From positions 10,923 through 74,922 of the forward strand of contig JAFGNJ010000020.1 of the NCBI GenBank assembly GCA_016927065.1: a stretch of DNA of 64,000 nt. Direction: 5' to 3'. Origin of the DNA: Deltaproteobacteria bacterium. GTDB taxonomy: Bacteria > Desulfobacterota > B13-G15 > RBG-16-54-18. A program made the translations under genes and the position numbers. The notes beneath the pieces are model-generated. The model was not told the origin of the DNA. It was given only the letters and a program-made list of their open reading frames with translations, and searched no databases. How positions within the stretch are numbered: the stretch's first letter is position 1; each line of letters opens with the position of its first letter. This document shows positions 30,943 to 40,631 of the stretch, piece by piece.

Positions 30943-31638
30943 ATGCGAATACTGGCCGTCGTCCAAGGAAACTACGGGAAAAGGATGGTCGAGGCCTGGC
31001 AGGAGCACGGCCCGGCCCAGTGGGAGATCGCGACCCTGGAGATCACCTCCTCTTTGCCCACCATGATGGAGGACCCGTTGGAGTTTCTCCCCAAAGATAT
31101 CCCTCAGGGAGATCTGGTAATCAGCCTCGGGGAACATCCCGGCGTGGCGGAGCTGTTGCCGTCAATCGTCAAGGCCTCAGGGGCACGCGCCGTCATCGCG
31201 CCGGTGGACAATCGCGCCTGGCTCCCTCCCGGCCTGGCCAAACAATTGGAGAGGGACCTTCAGAAGATGGGTGTTACGATCGTCTTTCCGGTCACCTTTT
31301 GCACCCTGGGGGAAGAGGATTCCGACGACCCGCTCATCAAGGAATTCGCCCATCTCTTTGGTATCCCGGAGGTCGAGATCACGGCGGAGGCCGATCGGGT
31401 TAAGGATGCCCGGGTGATCAGGAGCGCCCCCTGCGGGAGCACCTATTTCGTAGCCGAGGCGCTCACGGGGACCAAGGTCCAGGATGCGGAGGAAAAGAGC
31501 GGCATCCTCCATCACAATTACCCCTGTCTGGCCACCATGAACGTGGACTGGCAGTTCCACGACACCCTCATGCACCGGGCCGGTTACTTCACCAAACAGG
31601 CAGTACACCGGGCCCTGAAAAAATCCACCAAGGGATGA
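30943..31638 (+). CDS. DUF166-like hypothetical protein
   Basis: 231 aa in the same operon as sufCBD. It resembles the archaeal/anaerobe DUF166 family, with no catalytic motif recognised. Confidence 0.4.
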   Translation: MRILAVVQGNYGKRMVEAWQEHGPAQWEIATLEITSSLPTMMEDPLEFLPKDIPQGDLVISLGEHPGVAELLPSIVKASGARAVIAPVDNRAWLPPGLAKQLERDLQKMGVTIVFPVTFCTLGEEDSDDPLIKEFAHLFGIPEVEITAEADRVKDARVIRSAPCGSTYFVAEALTGTKVQDAEEKSGILHHNYPCLATMNVDWQFHDTLMHRAGYFTKQAVHRALKKSTKG

Positions 31639-31642
31639 TTTA

Positions 31643-32623
31643 GTGTTTGTCCTCGGCCTCATGGGAAGTCCTCGCAAGCACGGGAATACGGACCTCCTCC
31701 TCGACGCCTTTCTCGAAGGCGCCCAGGCGAAAGGGGCAGTGGTGTCGAAGATCGATGTCCCCGCTAAACATATCGAACCCTGCCAGGGATGCCGGTTCTG
31801 TGAGAAGAAGGGCTACTGCATACAACAAAAGGATGACATGGAGGAGATGAACTATCTCCTGCGCCGAGCAGACATGGTAGTCCTTGCCACTCCCATCTTC
31901 TTTTACGGCCCGTCGGCCCAGATGAAGGCGTTGATCGATCGATCCCAGACCCTCTGGTCCCGGCGGCATATCATGAAGTTGACCGACCCCAAGGCCACCT
32001 TTAGCAGAGGCTTTTTGTTGGCGGTGGGGGCGACCAAGGGGAAAGAACTCTTCACCGGGACAAGTCTTATTGCCAAGTATTTCTATGACGCCGTCAGCGC
32101 GCGCTACGAGGGGTTTTTAGGGTTCCGAGATATGGAAGCCCCTGGCGCAATAGCCCACCACCCCACCGCCCTTGCCGAGGCTAGAACAAAAGGCGAGGAG
32201 TTGACAGGGGCCTTCGTGGGGAGAAAACGAGCCCTCTTCCTGTGCCGGGAGAACGCCTGTCGCAGCCAGATGGCGGAAGCCTTCCTTCAATATTATGCCG
32301 GTGATACATTCGATGTCCAGAGCGCCGGCGACCAGCCCGCCGGGGAGGTCAACCCCCTAGCCCTCGAGGCCATGGCGGAGAAGGGGATCGACTTGGCCTT
32401 TCGCAGGCCCAAGGGGATGGATGCGCTTGAGGATGCGTCTCGCCCCTTTGACCTCATCGTGCAGATGGGGTGCGAGCAGATCTGCCCCCTCACGCCTGAG
32501 GGGAGAATAGAGAACTGGGAACTGGAGGATCCGGCAGGGAAGCCCCTGGAATTCATGCGCACCATCAGGGATGAGATAGAGCAGCGCGTCAAGCTCCTCA
32601 TCGACTCCGCCGAATCGGATTGA
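31643..32623 (+). CDS. Fusion of an iron-sulfur flavoprotein-like NADPH-dependent FMN reductase domain with a C-terminal low-molecular-weight phosphatase/ArsC arsenate reductase domain
   Basis: The N-terminus has GSPRKHGNTD...CQGCRFCEKKGYC (Isf-like). The C-terminus has LFLCRENACRSQMAEAF (the CX5R P-loop of the LMW-PTP/ArsC family). Confidence 0.7.
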   Translation: MFVLGLMGSPRKHGNTDLLLDAFLEGAQAKGAVVSKIDVPAKHIEPCQGCRFCEKKGYCIQQKDDMEEMNYLLRRADMVVLATPIFFYGPSAQMKALIDRSQTLWSRRHIMKLTDPKATFSRGFLLAVGATKGKELFTGTSLIAKYFYDAVSARYEGFLGFRDMEAPGAIAHHPTALAEARTKGEELTGAFVGRKRALFLCRENACRSQMAEAFLQYYAGDTFDVQSAGDQPAGEVNPLALEAMAEKGIDLAFRRPKGMDALEDASRPFDLIVQMGCEQICPLTPEGRIENWELEDPAGKPLEFMRTIRDEIEQRVKLLIDSAESD

Positions 32624-32626
32624 GCA

Positions 32627-33649
32627 ATGGCTGATATCAGGGAGATCTTACGCAAGGCCTTAGAGAAAGAGGCGGCGTCCTCCCAGGAGTATCTTGAGGC
32701 CGCAAAAAATACCTCTGACCCCGAGGCCAAATCCCTCTTAGAACAGTTGGCTCAGGACGAGTTGAGGCATCGACAGGTCCTGAAGACCCAGCTCGAACTT
32801 CTGGAGGCAGCAAGAACATCACACCCCAAGCGGCCTGCGGGGAAAGAGGTCTCTCGCGACCTGGATGGAGAGTCCTGCGAAGCGGAGTTGGAGGGGGCCA
32901 AAAGGGCTACCAGTGTGCTGGCCGAGGCCAAGCGAGAGATCGAAGAGACCCAAAAGGCCAAAGAGGAACTCTATGCCATGGCAACCCATGACCTGCGCTC
33001 CCCGCTCATCTCCATTGTGGCCTTTGCCCAAAAACTCCTCACCTCCCTGCACGGCAAGGTCTCTGAGGCGGAGCATCAGAAAATTCAATGGATCTGGAGC
33101 GAGGCGAGAAAACTGGAGGGATTCGTGAGCAACTTCTTGGACCTGGCCCGCCTTTCCGCTGGCGCAGTGGAACTCAACCGTCAGCCCATAGAGCCGCGCC
33201 TCATAGTCGATGAAGAGATTGAGGCCTTGTCCCCCCAAATCAATGACAAGGGGCTGCATGTGGAGGTAACAATGAGTGGGGTGCCGTGGGTGGAGGCCGA
33301 TGCATGGGCCGCCAGAAGACTCTTTATGAACCTCATGAGCAACGCCGTACTCCACGGAAGGTCCGGCGGCACCATCGAGGTCGGTGGCGAAGGGGAAATT
33401 GGTATGGTCCGCTTCTGGGTGAAGGACGATGGTCCGGGAATTCCTGAGAAAGACTTACCCCATATTTTTGAAACGTTCCACACCGATGCCTCAAAAAGGG
33501 GAAGCGGTCTGGGACTGGCCATAGCCCTTCAGGTGGTACAAGCCCATGGAGGACGCATCTGGGTCGAGAGCCAAGAGGGTGCAGGAGCCACCTTTTACTT
33601 CACCCTCCCCAAGGCGCACGGAGAAAAAAAGGCGCGCAATGCCCCATAG
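32627..33649 (+). CDS. Cytoplasmic sensor histidine kinase (coiled-coil N-terminus, HisKA, HATPase_c), with no adjacent response regulator
   Basis: H-box ATHDLRSPL, N-box LMSNAVLHG, G1 DDGPGI and G2 GSGLGL. Confidence 0.75.
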   Translation: MADIREILRKALEKEAASSQEYLEAAKNTSDPEAKSLLEQLAQDELRHRQVLKTQLELLEAARTSHPKRPAGKEVSRDLDGESCEAELEGAKRATSVLAEAKREIEETQKAKEELYAMATHDLRSPLISIVAFAQKLLTSLHGKVSEAEHQKIQWIWSEARKLEGFVSNFLDLARLSAGAVELNRQPIEPRLIVDEEIEALSPQINDKGLHVEVTMSGVPWVEADAWAARRLFMNLMSNAVLHGRSGGTIEVGGEGEIGMVRFWVKDDGPGIPEKDLPHIFETFHTDASKRGSGLGLAIALQVVQAHGGRIWVESQEGAGATFYFTLPKAHGEKKARNAP

Positions 33650-36617
33650 AATAGAAGTGGCCATCAAGGATGATCTCAGGGACTCCTTGGGTGAAAAGAC
33701 GGCGGCCAGGATGGTGAACGATCTGGGGTTCTCGGTGCAGTCGGTGCGGACTATCGAATCCTACACCATCGACACCACTCTGGACAAGCAACAGCTTGAG
33801 CTGGTGGCCCGCGATGCCTACTGCGACCCCATCACCCAAGTCTGGTCCGTTGATCGCCCTTTGGCAAAGACATTCGACTGGGTCATCGAGGTGGGGTTTT
33901 TGCCCGGTGTGACGGATAATGTGGGGAGGACCGCCCGGGAGGCCCTGGAGGCCAGTCTCTCAATTCATTTAAAGGAAGACGAAAAGGTCTATACCTCTCA
34001 TCAGTACCTGATACAGGGGGATCTCTCCCGAACAGAAGTGGAACAAATCGCCACCCAGCTCCTCGGCAACCCGTTGATCAACCGTTTCGAGATCAAGAGC
34101 AAAGAGGAATGGGATCCCCAGAAGGGATTCGGCCCCCTGGTCCCCAAGGTGACGGGGCTGAAGGGGGGAGAGGTAGAACGGTTCGATTTAGAGATCACTG
34201 ACGAAAAGCTCATCGCCCTCAGCAGGGAACGGTTGCTGGCCCTTTCCCTGGAGGAGATGCAAGCTGTCCAAGCCTACCTCAAGGATACAGCGATCAAGCA
34301 GAAGAGGAAAGAGATCGGCATTGGGGAAGGGATCACCGACGTAGAGCTGGAGGCCATCGCCCAGACTTGGTCCGAGCACTGCAAGCACAAGATCTTCCAG
34401 GCCCGCATTACCTACATCGACGCAGATGGTAAGGAGGAGGTGATCGAGGGGCTTTTCAACACCTATATCAAAGGCTCTACCGAGACAATCAGGCGCGCGT
34501 TAGGGAAGAAAGACCCATGCCTTTCGGTCTTTACGGACAACGCCGGAGTGGTGGCCTTTAACGACCAGTGGAGCCTTGCCTTCAAGGTGGAGACCCACAA
34601 CACCCCCTCCGCCCTTGACCCCTACGGCGGGGCATTAACGGGCATCGTGGGGGTCAATCGCGACCCCTTCGGCACGGGCAAAGGGGCCAAGTTGATCTTC
34701 AACACGGACGTCTTCTGCTTCGCCCCGCCCGACTGGCCCGGCCCCCTGCCGGAGCGGGTACTGCACCCCAAGCGGATCTTCGAGGGGGTCAGGGAAGGGG
34801 TGGAGCACGGGGGGAACAAGAGCGGGATCCCCACGGTGAACGGCAGCATCGTTTTTGATGAACGCTACGTGGGTAAGCCCCTGGTCTACTGCGGCACCTG
34901 CGGGATCATGCCGAGGACCATCAAGGGCGAGCCCTCGCATATAAAAGAGGCCCATCCCGGTGATGTGGTTGTGATGGTGGGGGGGCGCATCGGCAAGGAC
35001 GGGATTCACGGGGCCACCTTCTCCTCGGAAGAGCTCCACGAGGAATCCCCTACCAGCGCCGTGCAGATCGGGGACCCCATTACCCAAAAAAGGATGACCG
35101 ATTTTCTCCTGAGGGCCCGTGATCGAGGCCTCTACACCGCTATCACGGACAACGGCGCAGGCGGGCTCTCATCATCAGTAGGTGAGATGGCAAAAGAGCC
35201 TGGCGGATGTGAGATCCACCTCGAGCGCGCGCCGCTCAAGTATCCCGGCCTCGACCCCTGGGAAATCCTCGTGTCCGAATCGCAGGAGCGGATGACCCTG
35301 GCAGTGGCCCCTGACAAGATAGACGCCCTGTTTGAGCTTGCCTCGAAGATGGATGTGGAGGCCACTGAAGTGGGACGCTTTACTGACAGCGGTGTATTTC
35401 ACTGCCTCTGGCACGGCGAGACCGTTGCGTACCTGGCAATGGAGTTTTTCCACGAGGGGGCCCCGCGCATGGACCTCGTGGCCCGATGGCAGCCTCCCCG
35501 CCCTGAGGAGCCTGTTGTTGATCCACCGCACGATCTAACCGCAACCCTGGAAGGAATGCTCTCCCGTCTCAACATCTGCAGCAAGGAGTCAGTAGTGCGT
35601 CAGTACGATCACGAGGTCCAGGGGGGGAGCACGATCAAGCCGTTAGTTGGTGAGAACGCGGACGGCCCTGGGGATGCCGCCGTCATCCGATCACTGTTGG
35701 ACTCCTATAAAGGGATCGTGGTCTCGCATGGGATCTGCCCTCGATACAGCGACATCGATACCTACCCAATGATGGCGTGCGCCATCGACGAGGCCGTCAG
35801 GAACGCCGTGGCCGTGGGGGGTGACCCGGCAAGAATGGTGGGACTGGACAACTTCTGCTGGCCCGATCCTGTGCAGTCGGAAAAGACCCCTGACGGCGAG
35901 TACAAGCTGGCGCAGCTGGTACGCGCAAACAAGGCCCTGTACGACTACACCATTGCGTATCAATGCCCCTGCATCTCAGGCAAGGACAGCATGAAGAACG
36001 ACTTCATGGCCGGTGAGGTGAAGATCTCCGTGCCGCCCACGGTCCTCTTTTCGGTCCTGGGAACAATTGATGACGTGCGCAAGGCCGTGACCATGGATTG
36101 CAAGGCACCCGGGGATTTGGTCTACGTCGTGGGGCAGACCTATGAGGAGATGGGAGGATCGGAATACTTCGCCATGCACGGATCAATCGGCAATCAGGTC
36201 CCGCAGGTCAGGGCCGAACAGGCCAAGGAAATCTATCACAAACTCCACACGGCCATCATGGATGGGCTCATTGCCTCGTGCCACGACTGCTCCGATGGGG
36301 GAATGGGAGTAGCCCTGGCTGAGAGCGCCTTTGCCGGCGGGTTCGGCATGGAGGTGGACTTGAGAAATGTCCCTGCCGAGGGGATAGTACGGGACGACTA
36401 CCTCCTCTTCTCCGAGTCCCAGAGCAGGTTCGTCGTAACAGTCAACCCCGCTAAAAAGGATGCCTTCCTCGCCATCATGAAAGGTATCACCTTAGGAGAA
36501 ATTGGAAGGGTGCCCAAGGGCAAGGCATTCATCGTGACTGGGCTTAAAGGCAAAAAGGTCATCCAGGGAGATATCTATAAGCTGAAAGTAGCCTGGCAAA
36601 AGCCGTTGGGGGTATAG
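33639..36617 (+). CDS. purL: Phosphoribosylformylglycinamidine synthase II with a fused N-terminal PurS-like domain (PurS-PurL)
   Basis: PurL signatures (HNTPSALDPYGGALTGIVGVNRD, AITDNGAGGLSSSVGEMA) follow an extra N-terminal domain of about 100 aa. The start was chosen at ATG 33639 and overlaps the histidine-kinase stop by 11 nt. Confidence 0.8.
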   Translation: MPHRIEVAIKDDLRDSLGEKTAARMVNDLGFSVQSVRTIESYTIDTTLDKQQLELVARDAYCDPITQVWSVDRPLAKTFDWVIEVGFLPGVTDNVGRTAREALEASLSIHLKEDEKVYTSHQYLIQGDLSRTEVEQIATQLLGNPLINRFEIKSKEEWDPQKGFGPLVPKVTGLKGGEVERFDLEITDEKLIALSRERLLALSLEEMQAVQAYLKDTAIKQKRKEIGIGEGITDVELEAIAQTWSEHCKHKIFQARITYIDADGKEEVIEGLFNTYIKGSTETIRRALGKKDPCLSVFTDNAGVVAFNDQWSLAFKVETHNTPSALDPYGGALTGIVGVNRDPFGTGKGAKLIFNTDVFCFAPPDWPGPLPERVLHPKRIFEGVREGVEHGGNKSGIPTVNGSIVFDERYVGKPLVYCGTCGIMPRTIKGEPSHIKEAHPGDVVVMVGGRIGKDGIHGATFSSEELHEESPTSAVQIGDPITQKRMTDFLLRARDRGLYTAITDNGAGGLSSSVGEMAKEPGGCEIHLERAPLKYPGLDPWEILVSESQERMTLAVAPDKIDALFELASKMDVEATEVGRFTDSGVFHCLWHGETVAYLAMEFFHEGAPRMDLVARWQPPRPEEPVVDPPHDLTATLEGMLSRLNICSKESVVRQYDHEVQGGSTIKPLVGENADGPGDAAVIRSLLDSYKGIVVSHGICPRYSDIDTYPMMACAIDEAVRNAVAVGGDPARMVGLDNFCWPDPVQSEKTPDGEYKLAQLVRANKALYDYTIAYQCPCISGKDSMKNDFMAGEVKISVPPTVLFSVLGTIDDVRKAVTMDCKAPGDLVYVVGQTYEEMGGSEYFAMHGSIGNQVPQVRAEQAKEIYHKLHTAIMDGLIASCHDCSDGGMGVALAESAFAGGFGMEVDLRNVPAEGIVRDDYLLFSESQSRFVVTVNPAKKDAFLAIMKGITLGEIGRVPKGKAFIVTGLKGKKVIQGDIYKLKVAWQKPLGV

Positions 36618-36792
36618 CGCAATCTGGGTAACAACGTCCCCAAAGTCCCTCCGTAGGCTGCGCACAATTGGGACAAGTAAGAAAAACTGCCAACTATGAC
36701 CGAAAATGTTTGATTTAAGATGATAAAATAGCATAAAGTGATAAAAAGAGAACTTAAATGGCAAAAATAAGGAAAAATGAGAGTTGATAAAA

Positions 36793-36806
36793 GTATCAAT
36801 TGATAC
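36793..36806. promoter_or_regulatory. Perfect 14-bp palindrome GTATCAATTGATAC, 10 nt upstream of the toxin start; candidate operator for toxin-antitoxin autoregulation
   Basis: The palindrome was read directly from the sequence in the AT-rich promoter region of the toxin-antitoxin pair. Confidence 0.4.
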
Positions 36807-36815
36807 CAAACTGTA

Positions 36816-37181
36816 ATGACTAGACCTTCTCATAAGGAAATACACGGAAAGATAAGGAAAGCAAGAGAGTTAGTATCAGATGGTTATTTTGCTGTAATAG
36901 AACCAGACAGTATTGCTGCTGATGCATTAGAGTTAGGCTATTTAATAGAGGACCTTCCAAATATTCCTTCTGAGATTTTAATTGAAGTAAAAGCCGAAAA
37001 TTATGTCGGCGATCAACCTCCACAGCGTTCCTATGAGAAACAAATTATAGATTGTGAGCTCTTTGCATTTAGATGGGCAAGCAAACGATTTGGTTGTGAA
37101 ATCTATGTAAAGTTTACACTCAAGGATAACACAATGTGGCTTGTGTCCTTGCATGAACATAGGGAGAAGGAGGATGAATAA
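36816..37181 (+). CDS. mqsR: MqsR-like toxin (predicted ribosome-independent mRNA interferase, RelE/MqsR fold)
   Basis: A 121-aa protein whose pattern matches E. coli MqsR as recalled from memory (KARELVSDGYFAV..ADALELGY ... YVKFTLKDNTMWLVSLHEHREK versus MqsR ...ALLNADELGLDF ... YLKITVIHDVLIVSFKEK). It is in a low-GC island, and its stop overlaps the antitoxin start. Confidence 0.55.
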   Translation: MTRPSHKEIHGKIRKARELVSDGYFAVIEPDSIAADALELGYLIEDLPNIPSEILIEVKAENYVGDQPPQRSYEKQIIDCELFAFRWASKRFGCEIYVKFTLKDNTMWLVSLHEHREKEDE

Positions 37182-37998
37182 AATTATAAATGAAATGATA
37201 AACTGCCCGAACGGGCATGGTGAAATGCAAATTACTAGAGTAGAGAAAAAACTGAAGTTCCGTGGTGTGGATATAACTTTTCAGACAGAACATTACTTGT
37301 GCTCAGTTTGTGGTATAGAAGTAGGCTCCATCGAACAAGCATCAGTTACTCAGCGAGTAATTTCCGACGCGTATCGCAAAGCGGTTGGTCTACTGACGAG
37401 CGAGGAGATTCGTGGAGGCAGAAAGAAATTAGGCCTAACGCAAGCCGATCTTGCGCAGCATATGTGTGTTGGTATCGCCAGTCTAAAGAGGTGGGAGGGG
37501 GGAATAATTCAGACTAAGTCAATGGATAGGGCACTTCGAAACGTTCTTCAAGGCCAAGTATTTAGCGATGTTTACACAGGAAATCGATCATTTTCAATTC
37601 CAAGAGTAAAACTTGTTTTAAGAGAATTTGAGTTATCATTACAGAGAAAAATTCTGCAAGATGATAAAGGACTCTTCTCAGCTAAGTATTTATGGTACGC
37701 GGATATGGTAGCTTTCCGGGAGTTAGGTGAGAGTATGACTGGATCAACTTATGCTCGCCTTCCTCTCGGTCCCCAACTTAATAATTATCGAGACCTGATT
37801 GATGCCATAAAAGAAGCTGATGAAAGCGATGCGGAACCTCTTACGTCAGAGGAAAAAAAGATAATCTCCAAAATTTCAATGGTTTTCCCTAAGGATAAGA
37901 TGGTTTTTGATGTTTCCCATAGAGAAGTAATCGTGCAAAAAAAAGCAATTGGAAACATAATTCCATATTTGGATGCGGCAGAATTGACTGGGTTATGA
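37174..37998 (+). CDS. mqsA: MqsA-like antitoxin (N-terminal YgiT-type zinc ribbon plus HTH_XRE) extended by a C-terminal Panacea/DUF4065-like domain
   Basis: It has a CPNGHGEM...CSVCG zinc ribbon, an HTH (LGLTQADLAQHMCVGIASLKRWEGG) and a C-terminal region (KYLWYADMVAFRELGESMTGSTYARLPLGPQ) typical of Panacea domains. ATG 37174 is preceded by GGAGAAGGAGG. Confidence 0.55.
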   Translation: MNKIINEMINCPNGHGEMQITRVEKKLKFRGVDITFQTEHYLCSVCGIEVGSIEQASVTQRVISDAYRKAVGLLTSEEIRGGRKKLGLTQADLAQHMCVGIASLKRWEGGIIQTKSMDRALRNVLQGQVFSDVYTGNRSFSIPRVKLVLREFELSLQRKILQDDKGLFSAKYLWYADMVAFRELGESMTGSTYARLPLGPQLNNYRDLIDAIKEADESDAEPLTSEEKKIISKISMVFPKDKMVFDVSHREVIVQKKAIGNIIPYLDAAELTGL

Positions 37999-38013
37999 TT
38001 AACATTGATAATT

Positions 38014-38040
38014 AACCCATGCCCTAGAAATGGGTTTTTT
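38014..38040 (+). terminator. Rho-independent terminator (AACCCA-11nt-TGGGTT followed by a T-run) downstream of the antitoxin gene
   Basis: A 6-bp stem followed by TTTTTT, read from the sequence. Confidence 0.5.
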
Positions 38041-38096
38041 GAAAATAAAAAGGGGGCGGTTCTATTTTTTAGCTAATCCTTCTTCTTGGGTCTCCC

Positions 38097-39563
38097 CTAT
38101 CTCCTCGTTCGACCCCTCTCTCTTCTTCGACCAACGTCTTTTTTGTTCTTAGGGCGGCGGCGCTTTCGGCTCGCTCCCGGCTTTTTTTGTCCTTTTCCTT
38201 TGTCCGACGGTGCTTCAGAGGGTTGAGGTAAGGGGGCATGGAGCATCTGCTGATAATAATCGTCCAGTAACATGGCAATGATGGCGGACTCGTCTTCATT
38301 TTCAGCCAGGGTGCGGCCAAGCGAAACAAATCGCTTGCTGCGTTCGGTTTTTTGCGCGTCCCGATCGCGCAGGCGGGCTTCGAGCAGGGCCGTTACCCGT
38401 TCTGCAACAACGGCCGCTACGTCGGCATCCGTCGGCAAAGGCCACTCGTGCAGGTCGATACTATATTTTTTAGCGATACGGTCGAGAACGAATGTTTCCA
38501 GGTGGGTTGCCAGCGTCATGGCGACTCCCGCCTTGCCGACTCGGCCCGTTCGCCCGGCCCGGTGGATATAGTCCTCTAAATCATCGGACGGTTCGTATTG
38601 AATCACATGAGAGAGGTCAGGGACGTCGAGCCCCCGAGCGGCCACATCGGTGGCCACCAGAAAACGAAGCGTCTTCTTGCGAACACGCTCCAAAACCCGA
38701 TCGCGATCCTTCTGTGAAAGATCAGCTGTCAATTCATCCGCGTCATAACCGAAATTTTGCAGGACGGTCGACACATAATGTACTTCAGCCTTGGTATTGC
38801 AGAAAATAATGGCTGAAACCGGGTTCTCAATCTCGATGATGCGGATAAGGCTGCGATCTTTGTCCATGCCGGGCACGGTATAGAAGACGTGCGCGGTGTC
38901 GGTGACGTGAACGTGGTCTTCGCTGAGGGAGATGAATTCCGGTTCGCGAATGAATTCACTCGCGGTGCGCATGACATGGGGCGGGAAGGTTGCCGAGAAC
39001 ATACAGCCGTTGATACGGCGAGGCGGAAGGTATTTCTGCACCTTTTTCATGTCGGGGTAAAAACCCATGGACAGCATGCGGTCGGCTTCGTCAAAGATGA
39101 GCATCTCAAGATGTTCGAGAGAAAGTGTCCGCTTGAGAAGATGATCGAGTATACGACCCGGCGTACCGACGACAATGTGCGCGCCGTGGCGAAATGCGTC
39201 TATTTGCTCGCCATAACCAACACCGCCGTACACAGCGACAACACGAAAGCCTGCCTGGCCGCACAGCAGTTCGGCTGCTTGCGACACTTGCCGGGCCAGT
39301 TCACGCGTGGGGACGAGGATGAGCGCTTGACAGTGACGTTTCGCTGAATCGAGCCGCTCCAGCATGGGTAACAGAAACGCGCCGGATTTACCGCTGCCGG
39401 TACGGGCCTGGATCATCATGTTTCTTCCTGCAAGCAAGTAAGGAATGCCCCGCGCCTGAACGGGCATGAGGGTCGTCCAACCCGCGCGGGCGGCGGCATC
39501 TCGCAAGCGCGCGGGAAGTTGTTCCAGCGTTACATCAGGCAGTGGGTTGGTTTTGTTATCCAT
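38097..39563 (-). CDS. DEAD-box ATP-dependent RNA helicase with an Arg/Lys-rich C-terminal tail
   Basis: Q-motif, Walker A ARTGSGKSGAF, DEAD (IFDEADRM), SAT and HRAGRTGR motifs. The start was chosen at the internal ATG (MDNKTNPLP). Confidence 0.85.
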   Translation of the reverse strand: MDNKTNPLPDVTLEQLPARLRDAAARAGWTTLMPVQARGIPYLLAGRNMMIQARTGSGKSGAFLLPMLERLDSAKRHCQALILVPTRELARQVSQAAELLCGQAGFRVVAVYGGVGYGEQIDAFRHGAHIVVGTPGRILDHLLKRTLSLEHLEMLIFDEADRMLSMGFYPDMKKVQKYLPPRRINGCMFSATFPPHVMRTASEFIREPEFISLSEDHVHVTDTAHVFYTVPGMDKDRSLIRIIEIENPVSAIIFCNTKAEVHYVSTVLQNFGYDADELTADLSQKDRDRVLERVRKKTLRFLVATDVAARGLDVPDLSHVIQYEPSDDLEDYIHRAGRTGRVGKAGVAMTLATHLETFVLDRIAKKYSIDLHEWPLPTDADVAAVVAERVTALLEARLRDRDAQKTERSKRFVSLGRTLAENEDESAIIAMLLDDYYQQMLHAPLPQPSEAPSDKGKGQKKPGASRKRRRPKNKKDVGRRRERGRTRR

Positions 39564-40003
39564 GCGGGCCTCGCAACTATTGATTTGGTCATGACTAAAA
39601 CAGAAGATTCTCTTTGTATATTTATAGCACAATATCATAAATATTTTCATTGCGGTAGTTAAAGTCTTTGAAAGGAACTGGAAATTTTGGGGACACCATA
39701 CTTGATTATCGCGATAGCGGATATCCCCGTCTAATATTTTGATATGGAGGGACGTATTAAAGAACGTTAGTATACAAACAATTTCTTTTGATCTCTGCCA
39801 ACTATCTCTACCTTTCTCAGGCGACCATTTTTAGCTCAAAAAAGCCTGCAGCGGACGTTGGAAGTATGCCGCAATTTAGGTACACGTCCCTTAAGTTCTC
39901 AGGTCTCTGCGTCTCCTCAGGATTCATTTTTCAGCGATTGTGTGCTATAGTGTAGTTAACGTGTGACGTTTAAGTAACACTTCATAGTCTTATAGGAGGC
40001 GTC

Positions 40004-40504
40004 ATGAAGAACATGATATATAAAATATGTGTTGCGGCGGTACTTGCGATCATATTCTGCGCGTGCGGTATAATGAGCACAGCAGGGGCTGCAGAAAAAA
40101 ATGTAACTGCCAAAGATCTTATTGGAATATGGATCCAAAAGATCACGTGGACTGGCATAACCGAATCCCATCATTATCAACTAATCGCGACAGGTGAAAA
40201 TTCAATTAAACTCCAGTACGTAAAAAGCACACTATCCGATCCGAGTTCATCCTCTGAAGCGCTCTTGCGGGAGATCGATGCCACTGTAAGCGCAGACGGA
40301 GAAATCACAGGAACGGCGACCTATTATCTGGATAGGATATACCAACTTGGGCCGCCCAAAACATCCGAAATATTCGGCAGTGTATCTGCCGATAAACGTA
40401 GGATCACATTGCAGGGAAAAACACCTGGATTCAGCGGCAGACCCGGTCAGTTTAAGTGGAACGGGTCATTTAAAGATACCGTGACAATACTGGAGCGTTA
40501 TTAA
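40004..40504 (+). CDS. Hypothetical lipoprotein/secreted protein in low-GC island 3
   Basis: A signal peptide with a lipobox-like FCAC. No family recognised. Confidence 0.4.
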   Translation: MKNMIYKICVAAVLAIIFCACGIMSTAGAAEKNVTAKDLIGIWIQKITWTGITESHHYQLIATGENSIKLQYVKSTLSDPSSSSEALLREIDATVSADGEITGTATYYLDRIYQLGPPKTSEIFGSVSADKRRITLQGKTPGFSGRPGQFKWNGSFKDTVTILERY

Positions 40505-40631
40505 ACTTTCATGCAAGGGATGGTTCCACAGTTAGCCAGATGTTACCCTCTTTGATAAAGAGGGTAACAATTGAGGGGGATAATACAGCAAGGCAAATTT
40601 ACCCGACAATCAGTGGTTAAGCAGAAAATTT

